64,000 nt of DNA from a virus: the IMG/VR virus record IMGVR_UViG_3300042691_012617, positions 64,001 through 128,000 of that record. The stretch is one strand, 5' to 3'. The position numbers and the translations under genes were made by a program. The notes under the pieces were generated by a model. That model saw only the letters and a list, made by a program, of their open reading frames with translations, was not told the DNA's origin and searched no databases. Positions 18,366 through 28,220 of this stretch are shown piece by piece; positions within the stretch are counted from its first letter, which is position 1; each line of letters opens with the position of its first letter.

Positions 18366-18394
18366 GAACACCCGCTTGTTCGCAGCGGGTGTTC
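18366..18394. terminator. 11-bp GC-rich hairpin (terminator or processing stem)
   Basis: GAACACCCGCT-tgttcgc-AGCGGGTGTTC; no clear U-tract in the minus direction. Confidence 0.55.
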
Positions 18395-18464
18395 TTGTCA
18401 GTCGAACAGATTTGTTCTGTGAACTACACAGGATGTTTTGATCTAAGTCAAGACACTCAGCCGA

Positions 18465-19991
18465 TTATCCATTTAATGGATTATATGGGCATAGGGGTCT
18501 ATAACCGCGATATTCACATTCCATCTGCTGCACATTTACATTACCGCCCTGCCCCTCATTCTGACAATCCGAGCAGTAAATTGGTTGTGGGACACCCTTG
18601 GAATTTGTGGGCACACAATCCATGGTGTTCATTTCGGTATACGCAACGGATCCTGCGTTACCGCCATTATCTGGATCACATCCAAACCATTGAATCAATC
18701 TAGCATTTCCCGTGCTTCCATATTCGGGGTCGTGTGATACCTCATCAAGGTGAACTACATGACCGAATTTCACGATTGGATCACTTGGATCAGATTGATT
18801 GTTTGTGCATTGAGTGTCGAAAAGCACATTTGCATTTCCGATCACATAAATGTGCTTCCACTTGTCGGGATTGTTTCCTGCCGCTTGGAATGCATCCTTA
18901 TCCCACATGAACACATTCGGATAAATGAATGTGTACCCAACTGCTCCCAAGTTGGTTGCTAGGTTTTCAAGATAGTACCTGACATTTTGTTTACCGCTAG
19001 GAGACTGCACACCACTCGGATCGGCAGAAAACAAAGATGTGATTGCAGTTTTCAGATCAGGATAATTTGAATCAGCATCGGGTTCGTTTCCACCATGAAC
19101 TTGGTACCATATTGCATGAACCAAAGACCAAACCGAGCATGTCGGGACGGGAATAAAACCGCTACTAGGGTTTACATACGACTGTGGATTGAAGCATTGG
19201 AACGAGTAGTAACCACTTCCATTCCCTGGGTTTCCTACAGGTGTAGAGTAGTGACCTATTCCCGAATTGCTGCGAACCGTAAAGCACGATTGATCTTGGC
19301 AAGCACCATATGAGCATGGATTTGTGCTAGGCGAATTCAACGATGTGTCTGCACCGAAAAGAGGAAGATTCAACACGCTGTTTGCCGAAGGCCATGCTCG
19401 ACCTGAAATTGACAATTCGTTTTGTTTGATTCCACTTCCACCCGCCGAATCCCAAAATGTGGGTATTGTTCCATTGCATGATGGATCAGCACCCCAACCG
19501 AAATACTTGTACCTATTTCTTCCGCTAATCACCATGGCACGATCAGGCACGGAAAGTGCGTTGTATTTGAAGCAGATTGAACCACCTGTGATTTGCGTTG
19601 GTTCTGTTGACGGGCTATTTGGAGTTCTATAATAATAGTTGTGTTTTCTTCCCGTTCTCTCTTCAAAATCACAGATTCCGCTATACACAACAGGCGTTGA
19701 ATCGTTTGTTGTATAGCAGTAAAGGGGAGAATTAATTCTGTATTCAACAGGTTTGCCTGGATTTGTGATCTCGCCGCCAATCAAAATTGGCTGACCACCG
19801 CATGGCGGGCCACCGATCACAATATCCTCGCAGTCAAAAACTACACATGGATTTATTCCACCATCGGGATCGGGTGGACACACACCCACGCATATCGAAG
19901 AAACATCATCGGCTTCATTACAAATCGGAGGTGGGGGACATTCTGCTGTTCCGACCTTGCGAGGAAGAAGTTTATGCCATGCGAATCCCAT
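18465..19991 (-). CDS. Cys/Pro-rich hypothetical protein, probably virion-associated
   Basis: 508-aa ORF at end of fibre operon. Confidence 0.65.
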   Translation of the reverse strand: MGFAWHKLLPRKVGTAECPPPPICNEADDVSSICVGVCPPDPDGGINPCVVFDCEDIVIGGPPCGGQPILIGGEITNPGKPVEYRINSPLYCYTTNDSTPVVYSGICDFEERTGRKHNYYYRTPNSPSTEPTQITGGSICFKYNALSVPDRAMVISGRNRYKYFGWGADPSCNGTIPTFWDSAGGSGIKQNELSISGRAWPSANSVLNLPLFGADTSLNSPSTNPCSYGACQDQSCFTVRSNSGIGHYSTPVGNPGNGSGYYSFQCFNPQSYVNPSSGFIPVPTCSVWSLVHAIWYQVHGGNEPDADSNYPDLKTAITSLFSADPSGVQSPSGKQNVRYYLENLATNLGAVGYTFIYPNVFMWDKDAFQAAGNNPDKWKHIYVIGNANVLFDTQCTNNQSDPSDPIVKFGHVVHLDEVSHDPEYGSTGNARLIQWFGCDPDNGGNAGSVAYTEMNTMDCVPTNSKGVPQPIYCSDCQNEGQGGNVNVQQMECEYRGYRPLCPYNPLNG

Positions 19992-20006
19992 TACAATTCC
20001 TCTTTC

Positions 20007-21593
20007 TCAACTGATTGAAATACCCGCGCCTGTAATTCCTGATGCGATCACGAATCCCATTGTCAATCCTTCACCGACCGAGTTTTTGTTGACTCGCATG
20101 AGGGTCAGCATTGCAACAGATCCCGTCACCGCACCATTTGTGATTGTATCGGGAGAGAAGAAAATAGGTCGAGTCAATCCATCTGTCAAGATGCTTGGAT
20201 CAAACTGTCCCGTGTATCCATTAACGCTGTTTTGCTTGATGATTACAGCAATAGTTTCTACTGCTGTGTTCAAGGCATGCCAATTTGACCCTGCCTTGAT
20301 CGTCACCGTGCCGTTTGGTGTGATGTTATAACGCTGAATACTTCCCGACATGCCGTTGATGACAACTTCATTTGTACCCGAGTTTAGCGTATAGACCGTG
20401 GCTGCTTCAGTTGGATTTCGATAGATGCCGCCTGTGATATTTGTGTTTGCACCAAATGCCATGTTCGAACCAGTAATCGTGAATTTACTTCCCGATGCAG
20501 TTCCAAATGTAAGCGATGTGCCGTCGAAGACAAAGTTGTTGCTGGCCGTCATTCCGCCGACAGAACGGTATAGATTGCTGATGAAGGCGATTCCATGTTG
20601 TCCACCCGTGACAGCAACTGCGCCTGTTGCTCCGTTGAAAGAAGTTACACCAACATTGATAATGGTCTTTCCTGCACCAAGGACGATTGCTGATCCTGCC
20701 TGTACTGTGTCACCTGTGACTTGATATGCACCCGTCAGTACTAGGTGACCAGTAGAACCGATACCAAAGAATCGCGGGTCGAAAGACGCAGAACCTGTGG
20801 CAGCATAAGTGCCAAACGGAATTCTGAATACAACTGGCCCCGTCAATCCATTGAAGGAGGTGACACCGATGTTGTAGATCGTGTCAGTTCTGCCCGTTGT
20901 TGCAATACCAATACCCGACCCTGCAACGGTGATTACGGTGTCGCCTGTGACTTGATACGCAGAGGCTAGGTTGACTTCACCAGTTGCAGAGATAGTGAAG
21001 TGGGTCGAGTCGAAGAAAGCCATACCAATCTTAGAATTGGTGGCAGTCAGACCTTCGATTTGATAGTTGCCTTTCGATACCTTTGTAAAGGCTACTCCTG
21101 TTGCACCTTCGATGCTAATAGTGCTACCAAAAGTATAATCTTCGCCACCCTTGGTTTGATCAGTAAGAGAAAGCATTCTTCCTGTGATCTTTGCATGTCC
21201 TGTTGTGGTCACGCTAAAGTACACGGGGTCGAATGATGCAATTCCTGTAAGAGATGTCGTTGCAAACTTGTGACTGACAATACCCCCCGCGACATCAAAG
21301 CGGTCGTTGAAACCCGCAACGCCCGTCACAGCAACAGCACTCAAACGAACCGTGCCAAAACCATCTAGAACGCGGAAAGCACCACCGTCTCCTGTGGCTC
21401 CTGCTCCAGTTGGTCCCGTGTTTCCAGTTGCGCCTGCGGGGCCTGCGTCTCCCTGATCCCCCTTCGGTCCTTGGGAACCGACAACGCTACCGTCAACGAT
21501 GTTCCAAACACCACTAGCGGCATCGTATTCCCACACGATGTTACCGTATTTGTACTCTGCGCCGTTTGTTACGCCTATAGGAGGATTAAACAT
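20007..21593 (-). CDS. Tail fibre-like protein (short collagen + TGxASF repeats)
   Basis: GSQGPKGDQGDAGPAG; TGIASFDP.YF, AYQVTGDT repeats; ATAAATA at 21619-21625. Confidence 0.7.
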   Translation of the reverse strand: MFNPPIGVTNGAEYKYGNIVWEYDAASGVWNIVDGSVVGSQGPKGDQGDAGPAGATGNTGPTGAGATGDGGAFRVLDGFGTVRLSAVAVTGVAGFNDRFDVAGGIVSHKFATTSLTGIASFDPVYFSVTTTGHAKITGRMLSLTDQTKGGEDYTFGSTISIEGATGVAFTKVSKGNYQIEGLTATNSKIGMAFFDSTHFTISATGEVNLASAYQVTGDTVITVAGSGIGIATTGRTDTIYNIGVTSFNGLTGPVVFRIPFGTYAATGSASFDPRFFGIGSTGHLVLTGAYQVTGDTVQAGSAIVLGAGKTIINVGVTSFNGATGAVAVTGGQHGIAFISNLYRSVGGMTASNNFVFDGTSLTFGTASGSKFTITGSNMAFGANTNITGGIYRNPTEAATVYTLNSGTNEVVINGMSGSIQRYNITPNGTVTIKAGSNWHALNTAVETIAVIIKQNSVNGYTGQFDPSILTDGLTRPIFFSPDTITNGAVTGSVAMLTLMRVNKNSVGEGLTMGFVIASGITGAGISIS

Positions 21594-21621
21594 GTCAGTC
21601 GGTTCCTTTGCTTTCCGCTAT

Positions 21622-22017
21622 TTATGAGAAGGTTCCACCGTCGATCTTGCCGCTGCGAAGCAGGGGCTTCCAACCATTTGTCGAGTCGTATTGGTAAAAT
21701 GATTCGGTTCTTTTGTCATAGACGATTCCGAATGAGGTCTCGCCGTTTCCAACGCTTTTGTGTATCTCCCAATCCAATCCGTTGTACCGCACAATGTCAT
21801 TATTGTTTAGGTTTGGAATAGAGATGGGAGAGGAACTTGCATTTCTGATGATGTACTTGACATTCGCAACTGCGGAGATTGTCTCGCTAGAGTTCTCCAG
21901 TATCTTGTCAACAGAAAAATCAATATCAGAACTGTTCATCAGATGATAGAACGCCGAAGTCAGAACAGAGTTTTCTCTGTTGTTTTGAACAATGATGTCA
22001 GCAAATTTAATCGGCAT
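21622..22017 (-). CDS. Small structural protein, paralog of N-terminus of adjacent 950-aa gene
   Basis: MPIKFADII..HLMNSSDIDFSVD vs MPIQFSDII..HLMHSANIDFTVD; ends KIDGGTFS. Confidence 0.7.
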   Translation of the reverse strand: MPIKFADIIVQNNRENSVLTSAFYHLMNSSDIDFSVDKILENSSETISAVANVKYIIRNASSSPISIPNLNNNDIVRYNGLDWEIHKSVGNGETSFGIVYDKRTESFYQYDSTNGWKPLLRSGKIDGGTFS

Positions 22018-22023
22018 AGTTCA

Positions 22024-24876
22024 TCACAACTGTCCTGAGTTCTCTCCAGTATCGACTTTGATGACTCCGAGGTTTGGGTTATTTGTTCTGTAGATGTAGT
22101 AATCCTCAGCAAATCCATTCAAGTTTGCGTAAGAGTGAGAACTTGATCCTGGAATTCCTGCAAACCCTTGTGGGTCGAAACCACCGATGGGGGCATCATC
22201 GATGGAGAAGAAGACCGCCGCACCCAACCTCTTTGGATATGCGAAGTATCCAAAGAGATCTCCATCAGAGGTGTTTGCAGTCAAAGAAAGATTGAATGTT
22301 TGATCAAGGCTGTTGGTCAATGTGCGAACGAATCCAACTCCCGTAAGCGCAGAACCGCTAGCCAACGAAGATGCATTTGTAACGCCCCATACGAGGTGGT
22401 TATAGAAGTTGTAGGTCGGACCTACGATTGAAGAAGCCGCATTTCCTGTCCCGCGCAAACGAAGTGTCACGGAACCACCAATACCCGATGTTAGGGATAC
22501 TCCTGATGGTACAGTTCCCGACAAAGTTTGCTTATCTGCTGTTGTGCTGAAGGTAATTGGGAATCCCACTCCTTCGTTTGCGGCTTCCACATAAATGTGT
22601 GCCGTAAGTGCAGGGCCCGAGATAAGTGTTGATGTATAGGAAACTCCTGCGATTGAGTAGTTTGAGTTTCCCTTCAACACATTCTTCGATTGAGCCGAAC
22701 TTACACTATCAAACACGAATGTTGAGAAGGAGAAAGTAAAGTCTGTTGGCTTGAATACATCGTAGTTTCGAATGAAGTCGAAGGTAAGACTGCCATCATC
22801 CATCAAGAATGCAACCTTACGGGCCTGACCAAGATCCGTTCCTAGGGTGTTGTTCGAAGCGTGACTTATGCCCGAGTTGGTTTCGAACAGAGTTGCACCG
22901 ATGTCAAGGCTACCCTCATCGCCCTTCGGGATGAAGTTGACAGATATTTGAGTGTTTGATGCAAACGCCGAAGCACCTGTCATTCCTACAAGCAAAGTGC
23001 CGACAAATTCAATATGGTTTGTGAAATCATGTGCAGTTCCAACTCGGAAGATAACACTTCCCGTGGATCCTGCCTCATTCACAGCCCGAACAATAATTGT
23101 TCCCTTTACCGTCGATGTGCTGTCATCCCAAGTCGCAAGATATCCCTGTTGACCATATCCAAATCTATCTGTTTTGCTAATTATGAATCCAGTTCCGCTC
23201 GGAACAATTCCGAGAAGACCATTAACAGTTCCCCACGGCTGACCCGAAGGATTGCTTGACAGCCAGTTGTATTGGAGTCCTGCTGCCTGACCAGTTGATC
23301 CTTTGATGCCAGTTGCACCAGTTGGACCTCTGACATAACCGATGTCTAGAAGATCAGATTGAGAACCATCGGCAAGTTGATACCTACCCTGCAACCAACC
23401 ACTTGCGTTTACAGCAAGAGCCGTAAGACCGCTACCTGTGGCACCCGTGTTGCCTGTTCCACCGACAGCCCCTGTCGGACCTGTGCTGCCTGTTGGACCT
23501 AGAACAACGCCAACAATGAATTCGGATGTGGTTCCATCAGAGAAGATGTACTGCGCTACAAGTTCTCTGCCACCTGAAATTCCAAGACCCGTGATACCTT
23601 GACCAGTTGCACCTGTGGCACCTGTACTGCCTCTGACATAACCGATGTCAAAGAGAGCAGACTGAGATCCATCTGCAAGTTGATATCTTCCTTGCAACCA
23701 ACCATTTGCTGCTACAGCAAGAGCCGTAAGACCACCACCCGTGTTGCCTGTATTACCTCTGACATAACCGATGTCAAAGAGTGCAGACTCAGAACCATCA
23801 GCAAGTTGATACTTGCCTTGCAACCAACCGCTTGTGTTTACAGCAAGGGCTGTAAGACCGCTACCCGTTGAACCCGTGCTGCCTGTCGTTCCTGCGGCAC
23901 CCGTATTACCCGTATTACCTCTGACATATCCAATGTCAAAATATCCCGAGGTAGTGCCGTTGGCAAATAGCCATTGACCTCTCAGGATGCCTGTGATGTC
24001 ATCTACGCTAAGTGATGTAAGTCCAGTACCCGTGGCACCCGTGGAACCCGTGTTACCAGTTGTGCCTACTGCGCCAGTTGGGCCTGTGTTGCCTGTTGCA
24101 CCCATCGGGCCAGCAGGGCCTTGACCAACGCCTGCCACACCCGTCTGAACCCATGCGTTTCCGAAACGGACATAGTTACGGAAAGGGTCGCTAGACGGTC
24201 CTGTAGCAATGATCAGTCTATCGCCTGTAAAGCCTGCGCCTGAGAGACCATAAGGAAATTGAAATCCAGTTGTTCCTGTCAGTCCAAAAAAGTTGCGAGG
24301 CGTGGAAACTGTCGCGCCGTCAGCAAACTTTATTGCTGTGTCTGTTCCAAGTACAAGTTGCTTGGTCGTATTGTTGAACAGGAGCAACGCAGAACCCGAA
24401 AGCGACCCGTCTGCTTGCTTGAACTGAACCGACCACTCTTCGCCCGCGCCGCCTGTAAGAGAACCCGATCCAATAGCAACCCACTCTGTGCCGTTGTAAT
24501 AATAGATCTTACTGTCGTACTTGTTGAATACGACGATACCAGTATTTGTTTTTGCGTTCGTTACATCGGTGTAGAGTTCATACGCAGTTGTTCCGCGCAT
24601 GAAGATATCGTTGTTTGCCGCACCACTAGGAGTCGCATTTGCCCCCGATCCACCGCCCCATGACACCCAAGTAGCCGTACTTGTAACGACATACTTGGTT
24701 CCATATGAGGTTGATGGACTTCCGCCGCTGTTGTAGCGGGTTATGTCTGTTCCAACAATTCCATCGACAGTAAAGTCGATGTTTGCCGAGTGCATCAGAT
24801 GGAAGTAACCTACCGAAGAAGAAACATTCTCCTCACGATTAAGTTGCTCAATGATGTCTGAGAATTGAATAGGCAT
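22024..24876 (-). CDS. Collagen-like fibre protein with internal repeats
   Basis: GxT triplets alternating with GLTALAV..GWLQG.YQLADGS.S.LFDIGYVRG repeats. Confidence 0.75.
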   Translation of the reverse strand: MPIQFSDIIEQLNREENVSSSVGYFHLMHSANIDFTVDGIVGTDITRYNSGGSPSTSYGTKYVVTSTATWVSWGGGSGANATPSGAANNDIFMRGTTAYELYTDVTNAKTNTGIVVFNKYDSKIYYYNGTEWVAIGSGSLTGGAGEEWSVQFKQADGSLSGSALLLFNNTTKQLVLGTDTAIKFADGATVSTPRNFFGLTGTTGFQFPYGLSGAGFTGDRLIIATGPSSDPFRNYVRFGNAWVQTGVAGVGQGPAGPMGATGNTGPTGAVGTTGNTGSTGATGTGLTSLSVDDITGILRGQWLFANGTTSGYFDIGYVRGNTGNTGAAGTTGSTGSTGSGLTALAVNTSGWLQGKYQLADGSESALFDIGYVRGNTGNTGGGLTALAVAANGWLQGRYQLADGSQSALFDIGYVRGSTGATGATGQGITGLGISGGRELVAQYIFSDGTTSEFIVGVVLGPTGSTGPTGAVGGTGNTGATGSGLTALAVNASGWLQGRYQLADGSQSDLLDIGYVRGPTGATGIKGSTGQAAGLQYNWLSSNPSGQPWGTVNGLLGIVPSGTGFIISKTDRFGYGQQGYLATWDDSTSTVKGTIIVRAVNEAGSTGSVIFRVGTAHDFTNHIEFVGTLLVGMTGASAFASNTQISVNFIPKGDEGSLDIGATLFETNSGISHASNNTLGTDLGQARKVAFLMDDGSLTFDFIRNYDVFKPTDFTFSFSTFVFDSVSSAQSKNVLKGNSNYSIAGVSYTSTLISGPALTAHIYVEAANEGVGFPITFSTTADKQTLSGTVPSGVSLTSGIGGSVTLRLRGTGNAASSIVGPTYNFYNHLVWGVTNASSLASGSALTGVGFVRTLTNSLDQTFNLSLTANTSDGDLFGYFAYPKRLGAAVFFSIDDAPIGGFDPQGFAGIPGSSSHSYANLNGFAEDYYIYRTNNPNLGVIKVDTGENSGQL

Positions 24877-24896
24877 GGATGCTCCAGTTTTCTACC

Positions 24897-25871
24897 TTAT
24901 GTTGCGACCGTTCTTACCTCAATCAACGACCCAAAGTTTGGATTTCGGCTCCTCGTCACATAGAAAGGTTCCGTGAAGCCCAAAGAGTTGGAACTTGTCA
25001 CAGACGCATCACCTGGGATGTCGAACTGACCCTGTAAATACATCCCGCCATATGGACTGTTATTTATGCTCTGTTTTATGCTGCCCAATCTTGTGGGGAA
25101 TGCATAGTACATGTACTCTTCGTATTCTGTAGTTATGTTTACTGTATGTGGAAATGCGGTCGAAACCTCAGTTGTTAAGAGCGCATTCGTCAGGATAGAC
25201 TGTATTTGAGTTCCGTTCAGATTGCTCTGTGTACTCTTTCCCCACCGCACTTCGTTTCCAATCCCTACGGTGAATTCATGACTGTCTCCTGCACCCCCGT
25301 TACCTGTCACCACCAACTTGAGAGTCACGGAATCACCAACCCCCGCTGTGATGGTTTCTGATGTGAATGTTATCGAATCCATCGCAGAAGTTGGAAAATA
25401 GACAGGAAACCCAGTTCCCTGCGTTGGGTCTGTTAAGTAGATCGCTCCTGTAACAGGAACAACCCCACCCGCATAGGTGACCGAAATGCTCTCTCCTGCC
25501 AAACTGTGATTCGTGTTGCCCTTCATCACGATGTCATCTATCGTCGTGGTGAAAGTATCGATGAGAAGAAGTGTGGTCCCCGCCGCACCTGTCGGACCTG
25601 TCGGACCTTGAGGACCGAGACCACTTGGTGTGAACAGAACCCAATCAGAGTCCGATGTTCCGCCGACCAATGCATAGTATGAATCGACATTCTGAACATA
25701 CACCATCATGCCTTCTTCGCGGCGTTCTTGCGCGATGGCATTTCTTTGTGCAGTCGTACCGACAGAGCGAAGACCGCCCAATCCATACTGTGGATCAGTT
25801 ACTGCATAGGTAGCCAACTCCGATGTCGGAGCGATGATACCCGTGATTGGAACTGTTCCCGTGATTGGCAT
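24897..25871 (-). CDS. Virion structural / fibre-associated protein
   Basis: GGLRSV.T.AQRNAI..ERREEGM.VYV N-domain, short collagen, C-domain shared with neighbours. Confidence 0.65.
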   Translation of the reverse strand: MPITGTVPITGIIAPTSELATYAVTDPQYGLGGLRSVGTTAQRNAIAQERREEGMMVYVQNVDSYYALVGGTSDSDWVLFTPSGLGPQGPTGPTGAAGTTLLLIDTFTTTIDDIVMKGNTNHSLAGESISVTYAGGVVPVTGAIYLTDPTQGTGFPVYFPTSAMDSITFTSETITAGVGDSVTLKLVVTGNGGAGDSHEFTVGIGNEVRWGKSTQSNLNGTQIQSILTNALLTTEVSTAFPHTVNITTEYEEYMYYAFPTRLGSIKQSINNSPYGGMYLQGQFDIPGDASVTSSNSLGFTEPFYVTRSRNPNFGSLIEVRTVAT

Positions 25872-25879
25872 GATCTATA

Positions 25880-26818
25880 TCAAGCGTTTGAGTAGGTGAT
25901 GTCCATTGAAAGTGCCCCAGGGAGTTGGTTGAAACTACGATAGATCTTGTAGTTCGTTGCAAAACCTTGGGCATTGGTCACGGAAGCAGTAACAACAGGA
26001 GATCTCATGGCAACATCAAACCCCGCCAGTTTGATCGTGTCTAATTCATAATAGTCGTGAATGAACAGGTAGAAATAGCCGCCCGTATCCGTTGTTGTGA
26101 CGGTTCCGCTCCCCGTTGATGTGGTTGTGATCGATGTCTCGCTGCCGTTTGACAGCGATGTTCTGTCAGTCAACGAAGGATCAGTTGACTTGCCCCAATA
26201 CATCTTCGACCACCAACGAGTAGACGCACTCCGAGAAACGGGGTTGCTTCCCTCTTGCTGCTGTCCCGTGAGTTGAAATGTCTGTGTGTTGGAGCCAATT
26301 GCCGTGGCTCTGAAAGCGGGATAGGAGACCGATGCAGAGTTGGCAGTCGGACTTCCTGCGGTCAGCCCAACGCCTGTGACCAATCCGCTGTATCTGAAGT
26401 ACGCGCTGTTGGCAATCCAGTTTCCTGTTGGTCCTGACCTATTCCACGATACCCCGAAGGAGCCATTTCCCGCAGTCTGACCCAACTCATATGTCGGTGC
26501 AAGTCCTGTGGTGAGACTCGTAAACGCGACTTCTTGATATGGGTAGAGGATCTGTTCCAAGATTTCGATTGCCGTGGATCCGACATCGATTGTCGTTCCC
26601 TGCGGTATTCCTGCTATGTCGGTTGCGGTTGTTGGTTCTGTGGATGTCCATGTACTCTCAGCAGATCCCCCGCTACCACCAAGGATCTCAATCGAATTGT
26701 TTGCCGTACCACCGACATACAGTTTCCTGTCGGTAAGGTTGACCGCCATTTCGCCGTAGGTAAGTCCTGCGGGAATTACGCCTGGTTTGATGGTTCGTCT
26801 GACCTTGAATAGTGCCAT
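25880..26818 (-). CDS. Virion structural / fibre-associated protein
   Basis: N-terminal P..L.YGEMAVN..DRKLY motif shared with fibre genes; CTAAATA at 26825-26831. Confidence 0.65.
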   Translation of the reverse strand: MALFKVRRTIKPGVIPAGLTYGEMAVNLTDRKLYVGGTANNSIEILGGSGGSAESTWTSTEPTTATDIAGIPQGTTIDVGSTAIEILEQILYPYQEVAFTSLTTGLAPTYELGQTAGNGSFGVSWNRSGPTGNWIANSAYFRYSGLVTGVGLTAGSPTANSASVSYPAFRATAIGSNTQTFQLTGQQQEGSNPVSRSASTRWWSKMYWGKSTDPSLTDRTSLSNGSETSITTTSTGSGTVTTTDTGGYFYLFIHDYYELDTIKLAGFDVAMRSPVVTASVTNAQGFATNYKIYRSFNQLPGALSMDITYSNA

Positions 26819-26871
26819 ACAGCATATTTAGTGAGGGGTTTTCCAAACGAAACAACATCATTTCCAACCGA

Positions 26872-27438
26872 TCAAGTTGGAAACTCAGGACTCCAAACCC
26901 CGATCTCCTTGCAATAAGGGGCGAACCTGTTTTGTATGAATGTTGCATACTCATCGGGACGCATCGGGTTGTTGTTGATCCAACTGTCAAACCACCCGTA
27001 GTCCCAATATGATCCTTCAGGAGGAATCCAAGTTTCCATGTCGGCGTGAACCAATGTGAATCGGGAGTCCTTGGGGCAATGCTGCCACACCAAGTCGATG
27101 ACCTCTTGGTTCTTTTCCACGATGGTGACCGAAGTCACATTTGGATTGTCCATCAACTTTTGGTTGACAAATCCAATTCCTAGACCGCCGATCAGCACAT
27201 TCCCTGTGGCACCTTGCCAAAGAGGCTCATGCTGAAGGTACTCCAAAGTTGTATCTAACATCACGATCCCGCTCGGATTGTGCAAGAGGAATGTGTATTT
27301 GCCATATGGCTCCTCCCGCAGAGATGTAGCAGGAGTTCCAAGTGCATCTGTAAAGATTGTCGATGAATCTCCAGTTACAACTTTGATCGACCAATCGTTG
27401 ATTGATCCTTCGGGAATGTTCACTTGTACTCTTGTCAT
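26872..27438 (-). CDS. Class I SAM-dependent methyltransferase (spermidine-synthase-like fold)
   Basis: VLIGGLGIG, VTIVEKNQEVI, HAD, YD..WFD.W. Confidence 0.8.
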   Translation of the reverse strand: MTRVQVNIPEGSINDWSIKVVTGDSSTIFTDALGTPATSLREEPYGKYTFLLHNPSGIVMLDTTLEYLQHEPLWQGATGNVLIGGLGIGFVNQKLMDNPNVTSVTIVEKNQEVIDLVWQHCPKDSRFTLVHADMETWIPPEGSYWDYGWFDSWINNNPMRPDEYATFIQNRFAPYCKEIGVWSPEFPT

Positions 27439-28220
27439 CCGTATGCCCTGATTCGAATTCCGCCTGTTCCGCCAGTTGCTCCAATGATCTCTGCTGCAAC
27501 GGCGAGTGCTTTATTGAAGCCACCACCACCACCGCCTGCACCCGCCAACTCAGTCAAAGCCCCACCCCCGATGCCTGCGCGAGTATTGGTGGAGAAGAGT
27601 CCACCCGCACCACCGTTGACCAAGATGATGAAGTTTGCAACATTATCGTCGTTGTTTCCACCCGCACCGCCGTTACCGCCGTTTGCACCCGATGTCGAGG
27701 TGAGACCGCCGTTGCTTCCGTTTGATGCAGACCTGTTGCTCTTGTTTCCACCCAAAGCCTGACCGCCAGTTCCCCCTCTTGCTATACCATTAATTAGAGT
27801 GGAGCGACCACCACCGAAGCCACCATATGCGATGATGCCGCTGAATGTAGTTACGGTGTTTCCGTTTCGTGTCAGGCTTGTGAGTGATGTGTTGCCGCCC
27901 GATGCACCTGTTGCAGAGGCAATTCCTGTTCCACCCGATCCGATGGTGAAATTCAATACATCGCCGCCAAAGGCTCCTGTATAACCATGTCGGACATACC
28001 CACCACCCCCACCACCTCCACCACCAACATAATAACTCGTTCTGCTGACAACCACCGCGTTTGCGGCACCGCCGCCACCACCGCCGCCATACAGTTCAAC
28101 ATCGATGTATTGGGTTCCCGCAGGAATCGTATATGACTGCGCTCCCGCAGTAATTCCGATCTTGGCATCAGCGAGGAGTTGCAGTTGTCGATTCTGTGCT
28201 GCGCGTACTACACCGATCAT
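27435..28220 (-). CDS. Glycine-rich tail-associated protein
   Basis: YTIPAG..YIDVELYGGGGGGG..GGGGGGY, G.GG.G.IRI.AY; start at ATGA overlap. Confidence 0.75.
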   Translation of the reverse strand: MIGVVRAAQNRQLQLLADAKIGITAGAQSYTIPAGTQYIDVELYGGGGGGGAANAVVVSRTSYYVGGGGGGGGGYVRHGYTGAFGGDVLNFTIGSGGTGIASATGASGGNTSLTSLTRNGNTVTTFSGIIAYGGFGGGRSTLINGIARGGTGGQALGGNKSNRSASNGSNGGLTSTSGANGGNGGAGGNNDDNVANFIILVNGGAGGLFSTNTRAGIGGGALTELAGAGGGGGGFNKALAVAAEIIGATGGTGGIRIRAYG

